Notes: generated by a model not told the origin, from the sequence alone. A stretch of 64,000 nucleotides of DNA from Octopus sinensis (GCF_006345805.1 NC_043002.1:56854001-56918000); one strand, 5' to 3'; positions 1 through 13,552 are shown, counted from the stretch's first letter. Numbers and translations: made by a program.

Positions 1-289
1 TTATTAGATTTCTTTGAACTTGGTACAAATTAAACTTCTTTTTGATTGAATCTGTTTCGGTATATAACTAGTACTTTTATTATGTTATTAATTACCAAAC
101 TATGCAAGTTTAAGTTAGCAAGAGTGAAATATTTATGCTAAACCTAGGATTGAAACTATGTCACCCTGGTGCATTTATGCAACTCTTCTGCTGTGATATT
201 CATGCTTTGGGATTAGTGAAAACTAGTAAAAACAAGCAGGACAGGTTTGAATTGCTACAGATCACTTCTTCCGGCCAATGTTTGTACAT

Positions 290-461
290 AAATTCTATAT
301 TTAAGAGATGAGGAATTATGTACATTATTTACATTTGACGGATATTTGTCCTCATCTTGTTTGTTGTTAACACAACATTTCGGCTGATATGCCCTCCAGC
401 CTTCATAAGGTGTCTTGGGGAAATTTTGAACCTGGGTTCTCATTCTTAAGATATATTCCGA

Positions 462-492
<31 letters not shown>

Positions 493-750
493 CCCACGGG
501 CATATGGCATAGTGGTTAAGAGCAAGGGCTACTAACCCCAAGATTCTGAGTTCGATTCCAAGCAGTGACCTGAATAATAATAATAATAATAATAGTAATA
601 ATAACAACAACAATATCAAAAAATACCTTAGGAATGAGAACCCATGTTTAAAATTTCTCTAAGACACCTGATGAAGGCTGGAGGGTAAACCAGCCGAAAA
701 GCTGTGTTAACAACAAACAAGATGAGGACAAATATCCGTCAAATGTAAAT
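290..750. mobile_element. Palindromic tRNA-derived SINE dimer with minimal-hammerhead tails (copy 1; left arm lacks most of the tRNA head)
   Basis: Left arm ~290-490 is the reverse complement of right arm ~560-755. Central tRNA-like head has an A box (TGGCATAGTGG) and a B box (GAGTTCGATTCC), followed by (AAT)n. Flanked by the 13-bp direct repeat AATGTTTGTACAT (277-289, 751-763). Confidence 0.85.
663..708 (+). ncRNA. Minimal (Penelope-type) type I hammerhead motif, best-preserved copy in the SINE tail, probably inactive
   Basis: Stem I GACAC/GTGTT, core CTGATGA (668-674), stem II GGCTG/CAGCC, GAAA (696-699), then AGCT instead of the inferred consensus CGTT. Degenerate siblings at 369-414(-), ~2160-2203(-), 2541-2586(+), ~57722-57764(-). 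Confidence 0.7.
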
Positions 751-1268
751 AATGTTTGTACATCTACAAGAGAAACAGAACAATATTTAATTCTAGACAC
801 CAACTTATTGTCTGAGACCATCTGTCATTCTGTGATTCTAACTTCCAGTTTTAAAATGATCTTCTATCAAAATTTCATGTTAATTTATGTTCCAAACACC
901 AAATTCATGGTGACAAAAGTTATTTTATGAAATTCACCATTTTTTTCTCAAAATGAATTGAAACAAAGACAGTGTTTTTCAACACAAATATGGTAACGAA
1001 AAGGTGAAGGTGAAACAACCAGGACAATTTTATTCAGTGGTTTAGCAATGACTGCAGTGAAAACCCACTACACATCTAAATTCCCAGTTCACAAGTTGAA
1101 CAAAGCTTTGAGTCTTGTTTACAATCATAAAACTGCTCCCAGAGGCTGAAAGAAAATCTGTTTTGAGATTACAATTCTGACTTCCAGCTTAACGAGGTAG
1201 TTTCATGAATAATACTTTACTATTTTATTATGAGGAAACATTCATTTAAATTTCAGAATTACTCTTTG

Positions 1269-1323
<55 letters not shown>

Positions 1324-2080
1324 CCCTCTCTCTCTACAATTGCCAATGTTCTATGTGGAAGGCTCGATAATTGTTGAGAGATTTCTCTCAACATGAAACC
1401 AGTAGTAGCCTGGTTAACACTCAGAGTAAATATATATATGTGTGTTCTTTTTTTATGAATGAAATATTTAGAATTAATATTATATTTAATTATTATAGGC
1501 AATGAGCAATGTACTATAGTGAATGAGTTTCTTGTAAATCAGACTGGCTTGCAACCATTTTACTTATCTGTCATGAAATATCAGAAGTTGTGAGTTCAAA
1601 TCTTGTTTGTCTGTTGTTGGTTAACTTCCTGATATATGATAAATTTTTGCTTTATTTTTACCATTATTCAAATGGTTTGTGTGTCCCCCCCCCCACACAC
1701 ACACACACATACTTCACTTAGTTGCATTAACCCATTCGTTACTGTATTTTGAGCTGTGTTTCTTTCAATTACTTTAAATATAACAAAGAATCTATTGAAA
1801 TAACTTAGTTATCATTCAGCTAGTATTAGGAACATAAATTGTGACTAAGGTTTGGTGGAAGATTTTTAACTTAAAACTTATGAAAACAAGGCATTTGCAT
1901 GATGGAGCCAGAGCCTGTTTCAGCCAGGTTGGTATTGAAAGGGTTAAACTTGACAAAAAATCCCCCTCCCTTTCTTTTTTCTAATTTATTTTTGATGCTA
2001 AACAATTTTATCAAGATTACAATTAGAGTAATTTGTTTAGAATTTTGTTGGGGGAAAATAATATAAATGTATTTGTTATT

Positions 2081-2628
2081 TAGTTCTATATTTAAGAGAT
2101 GAGGAATTATGTACATTATTTACATTTGACGGATATTTGTCTTCATCTTGTTTGTTGTTAACAGTGTTTCCGCTGATATACCCTCCAGCCTTTATCAGGT
2201 GTCTTGGGGAAATTTCGAACTTGGGTTCTCATTCCTAAGGTATTTTTCGATGTTGTTATTATTATTCAGGTCACTGCCTGGAATTGAACTCAGAATCTTG
2301 GGGTTAGTAGCCTGTGCTCTTAACCACTACGCCATATGCCCATGGGCATATGGTATAGTGGTTAAGAGCGGGCAAATGGTGTAGTGGTTAAGAGTGTGGG
2401 CTACTAGCCCTAAGATTCTGAGTTCAATTCCAGGCAGTGACCTTAATAATAATAACAATAATAATAATGATAATAATAATAATAATAATAACATCAAAAA
2501 ATACCTTAAGAATGAGAACCCTGGTTCGAAATTTCCCCAAGACACTTCATGAAGGCTGGAGGGTATATCAGCCGAAACTTTGTGTTAACAACAAACAAAA
2601 TGAGGACAAATATTCGTCAAATGTAAAT
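2081..2628. mobile_element. Palindromic tRNA-derived SINE dimer with minimal-hammerhead tails (copy 2, both heads present)
   Basis: Two SINE copies joined head-to-head at the perfect palindrome CCATATGCCCATGGGCATATGG (2332-2353). The first ~28 nt of the right head are duplicated. 15-bp TSD AATGTATTTGTTATT at 2066-2080 and 2629-2643. Confidence 0.88.
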
Positions 2629-3280
2629 AATGTATTTGTTATTGCTTGAGAGATCAAAGTGCTTCTTGTCTGGTTGTCTTCAAATGTTTTCTTTTTTATT
2701 GCTTTTACATTCTATCATGGAAATTAGTGCCATGTTTACACGAGCCCAGGTGAAGCCGACTGCATATGCAGATCTCGGTGTAGATCCCAATGGTAGTAGC
2801 AAAAATTGGAAGACACCTTTTCCATTTTGTTTCATCTTGAAAGGAATGTTTATGCTGGGAGCTAGTAAATACTTTAGTGAGAATGAAAAGGGTGGAGCAC
2901 ATTTGCAATGGTATTGTTTAGTAGTTGAAAGAACAGGGGTGGAGGTACGTTAATTTTGTGGAAGAAATAATGGTTTAATGCAGGATATCATCAAGATTAG
3001 AAGGCACAAACCTTCACACATACGTATCTTTTAATTGTTCAAACTTCCAATCTCACTTTAAATTAAAATGGACTCTCTCATCTCTGATAGCTGACCTCCA
3101 GGGTTCAACATATGTTTGAAGTCGTGGTTTTTATCTAACATTCAGTACGTAATAAATACAGTGACAAGTTTTGCTCTCCTTGGGGCTGTCTTTTCTTTTT
3201 CTTCATTTATTTTTTTTTTGTGTCAAAATTGTAAGTTTTCAATTTTATCTAATTTTTTTCTCCTTATTTTTTTTCTGTAG

Positions 3281-3347
3281 GGTTCAGTGAGTCCCCAAAT
3301 CACTGCATCATCTCCTTTACTCAATGGAATAATACCGTCCCCCTCTG
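3281..3347 (+). CDS. Internal coding exon of an unidentified gene (GSVSPQITASSPLLNGIIPSPS)
   Basis: Long pyrimidine tract + TAG acceptor, GGTAAG donor, open frame; its phase-1 end joins in frame to the 3630 exon (G+AT=Asp). Confidence 0.75.
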
Positions 3348-3629
3348 GTAAGTAGCAATCTGCACCAATTTAGCAGTTTCTCATCAAACTTTTTATCTCT
3401 AGTCATTATTTTATCACAAAGGGTCCTTTTTTTTAATGTCTTTTGTAATCATCCCTTCTTCTTCTTCTTCTTCCCCTCCTCAAGTTTGTTACCTCCCATC
3501 CATCGAAGATGATAGACCAAAGTTGGTTGTAAGCATGGAGAAGCAGTTGTCAAATGATGACAGTTAAAATCTGAGAATCTCGGAAAGTTTTGCGACTGAA
3601 ATAATCTTTGTTGTTTCCTCTATTCACAG

Positions 3630-4225
3630 ATAAAAGTTCAACCAACCTTCGCCACGGGGCTCAGGGCTCAAGCCATCGACCACACAAGTCGAATCAAGCT
3701 GCTAATGTCCACAGCAGCAAAGCTCGTCACTCAGCAACCTCATCTTCTTCATCAGCCGGTGGCAGCAAAGCTCAGACGTCAAGCAACAACAGTGGGGGTA
3801 GTGTTGTGACAGGCAGGGGCAACAGCAGTAATAATAATAACAATAACAATCCAAAGTCATCGACTTCATCGCCAACATTAGCCACACCAGCTACATCAGC
3901 ATTGCACACTATAACAGCAGGTAACAAAAATAACAGTAAAACTGGCGGCAGTCAACAGCAACAAATACTGTCATCACACACGCATATCAAGTCAAGTAGC
4001 GGGAGCAAGGTAATAACAAAACAAGTTGGTAATAATAAGCTAAAAACGCAGTCGCTGCAAGTGACGTTTCCAAACGCACATCAGGTAGGACATGTAACTG
4101 CTGCAGCCCAAAACTCCACTGTTTTTGCAGTTAAGCAATCAGACAATTCCCAGAGAAAAGACATAAGTGGTGCTGCTCAGGTGCCACCGGGTCATGGCAC
4201 CACTCCACCTAGCATGATCTCTTAG
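3630..4225 (+). CDS. Terminal coding exon, Ser/Asn/Gln/Thr-rich low-complexity C-terminus of an unidentified protein
   Basis: CAG acceptor at 3627-3629, ~198-codon open frame to TAG 4223-4225, higher GC/CpG than flanks, AATAAA near 4520. Confidence 0.8.
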
Positions 4226-4599
4226 CGAATAATTGGGTAGAAAAAAAGTTGGAAGGGTTTTTCTTTTTTTTTTTCCCATTATCTCATAATTTTGAACAGA
4301 AAATGCTGAAATTTAAAAAAAAACATAAAACTGAACAATTTTTTTTTTTTGAATGAAGGACAAATTTTCTCTGAATTGAGGAAGAAGTGAATTTTAGGGG
4401 GAAAAAAAAAATTTGGTATTAAAATTTCAATTTGGAACTTAAAAAACAAAATCACAAAACAACAAAATATATTAAAAAACGAATAAGCAAACAGACAGGT
4501 ATCTTTCTCTTTTCTCACGAATAAAGAGTTATGATGATTAGAACAATGATAATAATAATAATAATAATAATATTAATAATGATGATGATTAATAATTTC

Positions 4600-5990
4600 T
4601 TTATTATTGCCACAAGGGCGACGGATGAGGAGACAAGTGTAAGGGTCTACATAAACGAAATGAAATGAAAGGAAAATATACAAAATATGGTAATGCCCCA
4701 AAAGGAGGACTGCTGCCTAGGGTTAATCAAGGAACCCCATAGATCTAGGATTACCCTGACTATCAAGGGAAACACCCTCTCCCAACCACATTCTTTGGTC
4801 TACATACACATGTTGAAAACAGGCCCATACAGTCAAGCCATACTTGCCACTCTCACCCAATTTTCATCAAATATACTGAAAGGCAACACACCTTCCTCTC
4901 CAGCCTCGCCTTCCTCTCCAGCTTGCCTTCCTTCCCAGCCTTACCCTCTCCGCCCCATATTCCTCCCTTTAAATGGAATTTGAAAAGTCTTTGAAAGCTT
5001 GGCCAAAGAGGAGAGTATCTATTCTCAATCCTTTCAGTCATATCACCCACTCAACCTCTTTTACCAAAGCTACCAGACAGAGAAAAACTGCTGCCCTGAC
5101 TGGCCGAAGGAAGGGTGACAGGGCAACCATCATAATAGACTTGGCCAGTTGCTGGATCCGTCCAAAATGTGACCACAGATCTGCAACAAAACTCCACAAG
5201 TCAGTTATACTTAAACACTGAATATGTAAGCAAAATGGTTTCATTGGAAAAGTTCAGCCGAGGGACTTCTGAAACTTCTTTGGAACAAACCATCCAGTTG
5301 ATTCTTGCTGGTGCCTAGTGTTATCCAAAACAATTTTGCTCTTCTCCACCAATAGTCTGCATTTGAACACTGATGCATTGGTCAAGTGGTGGAGGGCCAT
5401 AAATACCTAACAACATTCCAGATGTCAGGCACTCAGTGTTGTTATTTGCTTGACCGAGGACTGTAGCTCTGTCACAGAAATAAGCTGTAGAGACCTACAC
5501 CATTACAGTGATGTTTGTATGTGTCCATCTCTCTCTCTCTTTTCTCATTTAGTCTCACACAATCCCAACATGTGTCGAAAATGTTCCACTGTTCCACTCT
5601 CCACTTGCGCTAAAGAGTGTGATCCAAAAAGCACTTCTGAAGAAATCTGGCCACTTTGCCTCAATTGAGACATAAATGGCTGCCAGTCTGAAGGCCCTGT
5701 CTTTGTTGCCCCTCCCAGTTTGCGGATCATTTGTACCTTAGGATTCAAACCTTTCTGAAACAACACTATTATCTTGCCACCTGATCCAGATCAATCGAAA
5801 GATACATATACCTAGTAATCATCAAAGATTTTTGTGAGTTTATCAGTGTTGGAAATTCTCATCTTGCCAGTGGCTACTGGATCTTTATCTAGTGACCTGA
5901 GTTCATTGAGCTTCCAAGCTGACCTGGCCTCCAAGCCAACCCCAGGCTACATGCATTTATACTTCCTACTGTGAATATAGCTATGTTGGC
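4600..5990 (-). mobile_element. Tx1/L1-like LINE 3' fragment (decayed ORF2 C-terminus + 3' UTR)
   Basis: Minus-strand peptide AVFLCLVALVKEVEWV..LKG..FKFHLKG resembles the C-terminus of Tx1-clade ORF2; 3' UTR similar to 7790-7900; stops and frameshifts present. Confidence 0.6.
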
Positions 5991-6777
5991 CAGAGAAAAG
6001 AAACGAGGGAGGTCACTTATTCTGGTTGTGTAGAAGGATTGGTTATACAGTGGGGAAGGATTGTTCCTTGGAAACCCCTTTCAAGAGCTCTTGTCCACAC
6101 TGTCCTGGAAAATTCCCCTGTTTACCTGTGAAATTTCTTTTTCAGTACAGTAAAATTCTGTTGACATTTTCATGTTTATTTGATATTGTTCTGTCAAATC
6201 CCTCTCTTCTTTTTGTATTTTTTTTTTGGTCATTCTCTTTTGAAAGTGAAAGCATGTGGCCCAATGGTTTGGGTGTTGAATTCATGATCGCAAGATCATG
6301 ATTTCAATTCTCAGACTAGGCAGTGTATTGTGTTCTTGAGCAAAACACTCCAGTTCACTCAGCTGCAGAAATTAGTAACCCTGCAATGAACCAATGTTCT
6401 GTCCAGCAGGGAGTGTTGTAAGCTCAGTCATGGAAACTGGGTCAAGCTCTGGCCAAAATACTGGGCTTCATCACAGACCGAAATCTAAGTCTTCTGAGAA
6501 TTCCTCATTAATTATTCCCCACTGTGGAGTTGCAGAGATGTTTCAGTTTTGTTTTGTGAATTTGGCTGTTGGTTGCTCTTGTTGTTGTGTGGTGTTTTCT
6601 GGTTACTTCTGTTGTTGTGGTTATGACTTTGGTTGTTGTTGTTGTTGTTGGTGGTGGATGTGGTGATGTATGCACATCAAACCTTCCAGCTTGGGGCAGA
6701 TTTTTATTTATTATCTATGTTTTTCCTTTGCCTCTGATTTTTTTTTCTCTTCACCCATCAAAAATCTTTTATAACAG

Positions 6778-6832
6778 ATCTTTTGTCTCCATTTCATCAC
6801 ATGATCAGGTGCAGGCCGAAGGAGGTTGGAAG
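6778..6832 (+). CDS. Candidate alternative exon (DLLSPFHHMIRCRPKEVG if spliced from 3347)
   Basis: Long pyrimidine tract + ACAG acceptor, AAG|GTATGT donor, open in the phase left by exon 3281-3347. Confidence 0.35.
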
Positions 6833-7659
6833 GTATGTGTGTGTGTGAACGAGAAAGAGAGTGTGTGTGTGTGTGTGTGTTTGAAGTTTGCTAGAGGGGT
6901 GTGGGTGCTGCTGGAAGGCTTTTGTGGTGGCAGGTTCTGTTGTCATTTCGAGTTTCAATTGCTGTTGTTGTTGTTGTTGTTGTTACTGTTAGTGGTGCTG
7001 TTGTTGTTGTGGGTCAGTCTCCCTTCTTTTGTTCTCTGCCATTTTGGCAGCTCAGTCAGTTTGCGGATGTTTTTTCAAGCTTTTCCTGTTTCGGTTGGAT
7101 TAAGAGCTCCATTCCTAACCTGTCTGACCGGTTCTTCTGACCCAACCTGTGGAATAACAATGATAATCATTTCATCTTCACAAACGTCATAGTGGTGGTG
7201 GTGATGGTGGTGGGTGTGTTGTTAACTGAAAGAAAAAGAGGTGTTCCTTATTGAAAGATGTGAGAAGGCTTTCAGTAGCAACCTCCCTCCTTTCCTTGTC
7301 GCTTGTATTCCCTCTTTTTATACTCTCCTGTGACCCGGCTACCAAAATTGATGCCATGTATATAGATTTTTTTTTTCAGACAATTTTTTTTCTTTTGCTC
7401 AGCTGTATGACCCACCAGTGGGGGCAAGAAGCCCAAAAAAAAAATGGTTTTCTTTGAATATTTGGGTTTCCCCACTCCCTCTTACTCCCCAGGATCCTGG
7501 ATTCCACAACAAGATGAATAACATAGAAAAAAAATCATCAAAAAGCAAATCTCTATAAGAGCAAATTATTGTTCTCAACTTGAAGAGCCGAAGAATTAAG
7601 TGGCATACAACCCAGAAGCAGTAAATAATAATAATAATAATAATAGTGATGATGATTTC

Positions 7660-9900
7660 TTTTCTTTGGCACTAAGACAAAAGTTAAGGGACAACCACAA
7701 AGAGTTACATTAATTGTGGACATTTATATCAGATGAAAAGAGAAAAAAATGAATGAAGTACCTGTAGTCATAGTATATGAATATGATAAAGCAATCCTCT
7801 TCATACTGGAGGACCTCTGTCTAGGGTTAATCTGGGAAGCCCACAAATCCCAAGATCATTCTGAGATCCAAAGGAAAGCACCCACTCCAACCTATAGGCA
7901 TAAGCTTAGAGTGGTTCCATTCACTCTTGTCATTTATGCCACTCACTCTCACCTAATAATAGTAATAATAATAATTCCTTTTATTGTGTACAAGGGGCCA
8001 AGACATTGGGAACAAAAGCAAAACACACAAGAAAACAAGAAACAGAGAGGATTTATTGACATCAAGTAAAAGGGTGAGATATGAACAATGGTAATAATAA
8101 AATCACACAAACAAACAGATCTCAGTAAATTGCAATAACTATACAACAACAGTCACATCGAAAGTTTCAGGGACATTCTACATATAATGCCGAATTACCT
8201 TGACATATCTCCCAGGTCTTGTCACCAGCCTACAACCATATAGAATAGGCCTGTTTAAGCCACATCAATTTCTCCTTCTTTACCCACCTTTCTTGAAATT
8301 TACTGGAGAGCATCACCTCTCTCTCTCTACTCTCACCTTTCTCTTCAAATGGTCCATGAAGAAGTTGGTGAGAGTTTGTCTGGAGAGGAAAAACATCTTC
8401 ATAAAACCTTTCAGCTGTGTTCACTATACAACTTTCTTCAGCATAACCACCAACAAGGAAAGTAACGTGTCAATCTTCACAATATAACTCAGTTGATCAC
8501 TGGATCCATCCAACATATAATGGTTGTCCAACATGCACCCATTGCACAGATCCTGAACAAATGAATGTCTGATGATTTCATCAACCTATGCACATTACAA
8601 AGAGGTCTAGTTGTTGGCAGCTCAACAATCAAACCAGTGGAGATTATCCCAAGCAGGCAAAGTCGTCCTGTTGCAATGTCAAGCCAAAGACATTTGGAAA
8701 TTATTCACATTCTTCAGTCTGAATCTCTTCCTCAAGAGACCTCTCAGACTGTTCTCATTTATGCTCAGAATTTATCCCTGGCTATCACTATACATACCCT
8801 CCTTTAACCCTCCATTAACTCTCCCTCTATAAAATGCCACAGTTGACTGTCCACTGACCACATGCTCCAGCTAGTAGAGTGCGGTAGGTATCCAGCAACA
8901 TTGCACATGCAAAATGTGTAGCCTTGGACTGCACTTGAACCAGGATCAAAGAGACAGGCTCTACCCTTTCCACAAGAAGTGAAAGAGCATACTGTCCAGT
9001 ATGGTTACATGTTTCTCGAGACAACACATGAAAGTCAGATGGTAGAACATCCCTAAAATAATGGACTTGTGAGACACTTCCACCTAACCTTTCCCAGTTT
9101 AATATGGGCTTCTGGACCCAGTTGCAGAAGCCAATGCTCAGCATGAATTTTCATTTTCATTGCTCATTAATGAATTGCAAGCCCACCAACTTGTTCCAGT
9201 TAATGTATGCTTCCCTAATTTCCTGGGGCCAACCCCCTCATAATTTTCAATGTCTGACACCATTATGGTGATGTCAGCCAAGCAGGATGCTCTTCAAAAT
9301 CTTCAACCTCTGCAACAACAGCTTTAGCATAGAAACATGAAGAAGGGACAGGAGAGGATACCCATGGCTAACTGAATGTGCCATGTGAAATGGTTCCTAA
9401 AGATAACCATTTAGTCTGACCACCATTGAAATGCTGCTGTACATTGTAACTAAACAGCCTCTAAAGACAGGACTGGAAATAGTTTTGCTGAAATGCCATC
9501 TACTTTCACACTGATCTAAACTGATTAGGGCCCCATCAAAGCCAGATCTAGTACTAACCTGTTCCTTGATTTATCATACAAAGTGGAGGAGGTCACAAAT
9601 AGATTTATTAGGGATTGCACAAGTTTATGCATCTCTGATTATATAACCCACAACAAGCACCAACCTTTTGACGAGCACTTTTATACCCAAATCTCTAAAT
9701 CTGTGTTATGGGCTTAAAATTCTTTATCATGTCCCCTTATTCAGGTGTATCATCATTCTGCAGAATTCTTACTCCTCAGCTCACACCAACTGGGAATGGT
9801 CTCATTCTCTCTTACCAATTGCAATAGACAGATGCCAAGACAAAATGGGGTATAGCACAATAAACTTTATAAGGCAAACCATTAAATTCTTAACAGAATC
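7660..9900 (-). mobile_element. Tx1/L1-like LINE fragment (decayed RT C-terminal region + 3' UTR)
   Basis: Minus-strand motifs such as KxRVEREVMLSSKFQERWVK; same 3' UTR family as 4600-5990; many stops. Confidence 0.55.
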
Positions 9901-11412
9901 AGTCTTTCGCAGCATTCTACATCTTCAGTCGAGAATCATATCAAATCGTTGAGGTAGACATCAGAATCCACTGTCTCTAGCCCGTCGCTCCTTGTTCGAC
10001 TGTATATTAAAAATTAATGATTTTTTTTATAACAAAAAACAAAAAAAGTGAAAAAAATTGTTATTATTCATGGATATTGTGTATATAATATTATATATAA
10101 TATAATATAAAGACAACAACAAAAAAAAAAAAGAAATATGATGTTGAAATTGTCAATCTATTTAGTATTTATACATATAAATACTTTGGTATGCCTGCAT
10201 ATGTGTATCTGACTATGTATAAGTGTGTGTGTGTGTGAATTCATATATATGTATATATGTGTGTGTATATACATATGTATGTATGTATACACGTATATAT
10301 AAATATATATACACACACACATCATGCATATATATATATATGTATATATGTACACATCCATGTATATATATTTATATATATATATATATACGTATACATA
10401 AGGTCACACAAGAAACAATGTTGTTAAACCTGTTAGCGTGTTACTGTTTCTGTCTCACCTTCGTCGTTGTACATATTTGACTATAAATTATGTTCAGAAA
10501 TGTTTACATCATTTAAGACACTAATACTGCCTTTGCATGACCATTATCATCATCATCATCATCCCCATCAGCGTCATCATCATCATCATCATCATCTTCA
10601 TCAGCAGCGGCGTTATATCTCCATCATTCACCACCAATTCTCCAAACTTTATATTTTTGTTACTGCCCCTCCCCCCTCATGTTTTCCTCTCCTCCAACTC
10701 CCACCTCTTAAATTTGTTACTCTCTTTTTAACCTCCCCTTCCTCCTCCTACTTTTAAACATCTCTTCTCTTCCCCTCTCACTACTTTCACACTTTACTAC
10801 TACTTTCATTCTTCATCTCCTACCACTATTACTCCTCTACCCTTATTACTCACCCTATTACTCTTACCCTCTCCTACCCCTTCCCTTTGTTTCCTCCCAC
10901 TAATCCTCCACTTCATTTACATTCTTTTCTCTTCCCACTCTCTTTCTCTCCTCTAACTGCTCCTCCTTTATTTTATTACACCCCAACACTTTTTACGTCC
11001 CTACTCACTCGTCTTCTTAACCTTTAAATGTTTCTTACGCAGGCACAAGGCCCGAAATTTCAGTAGATAAGGGCTTAGTTGATTAAACTAAACTCAGTAC
11101 TTGACTGCTTCTTTATTTTATCAATCCCAAAAAGATGAAGGGCAGAGTTTCCTTCAGCAGGATTTGAACTCATAATATAAAGCCAGAACATATAGACACT
11201 CTGTCTATATTATCCAACACTCTGACAATTCAACTAGCATTTTGCTGTATCTTGGGAGCATCATTATGCCAATAATAAACACATGCTCTGGTTGTAATTC
11301 ACTTCTTTATTATATATTTGTCAATTGGTTTAACGAGTTAAGCAATTAAGTAATTGATTGTTTGATTAACTGTTCAGCCAATCAGTCAGTCAGTTCAGCT
11401 AGTCAGTGTGAT

Positions 11413-11728
11413 GGCACATGGCTTAGCAGTTAGGATATTCAGTTCCTGATCGCATGGTCATGAGTTCAATTCCCAGCGGCGCATTCTGTCCTTGAACAAA
11501 ACCCTTTATTTCACATTGCTCCAGTCCACTCAGCTGGCAAAAATGAGTTGTACTTGTAATTCAAAGGGCCAGCCTTGTCACATTCTGTGTCATGCTGAAT
11601 CTCCCAGAGAACTATGTTGAGGGCATGTGTGTCTGTGGAGTACTCAGCCACTTGCATGTTAATTCCATGACCAAGCTGTTGTATTCATTGGATTAACTGG
11701 AACCTTTATCATCATGACCAATGGAGTG
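11413..11728 (+). mobile_element. tRNA-derived SINE (family with GCCAGCCTTGTCAC...ATCAACTGGAACC body)
   Basis: tRNA-like head plus a conserved body shared with 21128-21470(+), 22640-23042(-), 34725-35087(-); partial copies near 6255-6460, 14500-14725, 15950-16100. Confidence 0.75.
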
Positions 11729-13509
11729 TGTGTAAGTTAGTCAATGTGATTTGTCACCAGTTGTGACCTCATCAATGACTGCCCTGCTGACTCAAGGCCT
11801 CCTGGCAAAGTTATCCTCATATGGCCCAAATTGCGTGCAACAAAAGGGACCTGCTAAAGTCATCTAAATTCAGATGAGGATTTTTAAATCAATGAATTTT
11901 ATCTGCCAACTCAGAGGATTTTGTTAATCTCTTATCTTTCTGAACTTAAATCCCGGTGGGAGTCAAATTTTCGCTTCATACTTGTTGCCATTTGATCAAA
12001 GTAAGGTACCAGTCTTAGACTGAGATGTGATTTAATTGATTTCTGCCCATGTGTCTTTGTTGCAAATCATTATACATTCCTCTCTTTCTCAGTCTTTTTC
12101 TTGAATTTATCGATCCCCTCCCTCTCTTTTCTTTCCTTCTCTCCTCCCACTCTCTTTTCAATTACTCTTTTGCTACATATCCCTCTCTTTCCCTCTACAA
12201 CTTACTTACACTTTTTTCTTTCTAATTTTCTTTATTATAATCTCTCTCCTTCTCTCTCTTCCTCTCCCTCCCTCCCTCTCATCCTCTTCCTTTCTCTCTC
12301 CACTCCACCCTTCACCAAACTTGGTTTATTGCTCCTCTCACTACACCCATGTTGCTTCTCTTCTCATTTCACATTCTTCCCATTTCGCCTCCTACTCCAT
12401 CTTTTCTGTCTTCATCAGTCTTTCTTCACTCCCTTCTCTCTTCATTCACTCACTTTCCTCTTTTTATCACCCTTTCTTTCTCATCTTATTTAAAACTTTT
12501 AAGCAATGCAGGTGAGAAGTTTGGCAAACTATGAAGACAAAGGCAAGATAGTGTATCACCCTACATAGGTTGTATAACGCTTCTATATAATATTTTGGGA
12601 ATGGTTCCCCTTGTCAAATATAAGATAGAAAATAATCCATGTGTTTGGAGAAAAAGTGTTAGCATAAGCAGGCCATTCTGGTATGTTGGATCATTTTCTA
12701 TCTTGTATGTGATAATAGCAGTATTAAACAACCATGATAATACATCGTCTTGTCTTTGTCTTTATTTATTCGCATCACCTTACATATTTTGCCAAACTTT
12801 TCACCTGCAATACTGAAAGGGTCTTCTTGAAAATCTTACAAATATTTATATCATTTACACATTGCAATGCTTCAAGTTAATTATAGTACTCTCTTATTTA
12901 AAAACCACTTTTTCCATCTTTATTTCTCTCTGTATATTCACCTTACTCTCTTTATATTCTCACCAACACCAGCTTTCTCAAGTCTTTTACCTTTATTTTT
13001 CTCTTTCCTCTGGGATAGCAGGGTGGGGGTGCAGGGTTATTGCTTTGTTCCATTCTCTGAATGAACATCACCGTATCTACATCTCACTAACTCCTAGCCT
13101 ATTGATGGTTCCATTTTTTGCCATTTTCATCTCATTTTCCATCACCTTTCATCTCCGTGCCTCGTTATCATAACGAGGTCATTTTCAGAAAACGAGAGAC
13201 AGTTCGTCAAATCCAGCAGCTCTCAACATTTCCTTGTTATTTTCTCAAAGAAATATTTAAAGAAAAAAGCAAACAAACTTGTTTCATAATGAAGTATATT
13301 TTAATTATCATCATTTAACATATTTCTGTTTCATAAACAAAATGTTTCTTTTCTTTTCATTAAAAAAACAAAACCTTTTGTTATTTTTCAGTTCATTATA
13401 TTTCTGTATGGTTTCTATTTCTACAGCTTTGTCAATTAAAAGACACAGATGAGTGTGTATAAGCATATATGTGGGTGTATGTGTATGCAAGTTTGTGTTT
13501 GTATGTATG

Positions 13510-13552
<43 letters not shown>

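Noticed and set aside
496-575. tRNA genes in SINE heads (also ~2260-2445 and others)
   Set aside because: A/B boxes are present but there is no complete cloverleaf acceptor stem or oligo-T terminator, and they are embedded in dispersed repeats.
6569-7192. 207-aa ORF with poly-Leu/Val
   Set aside because: Built from (GTT)n/(GT)n repeats, non-ATG start, no domain; more likely UTR or intron.
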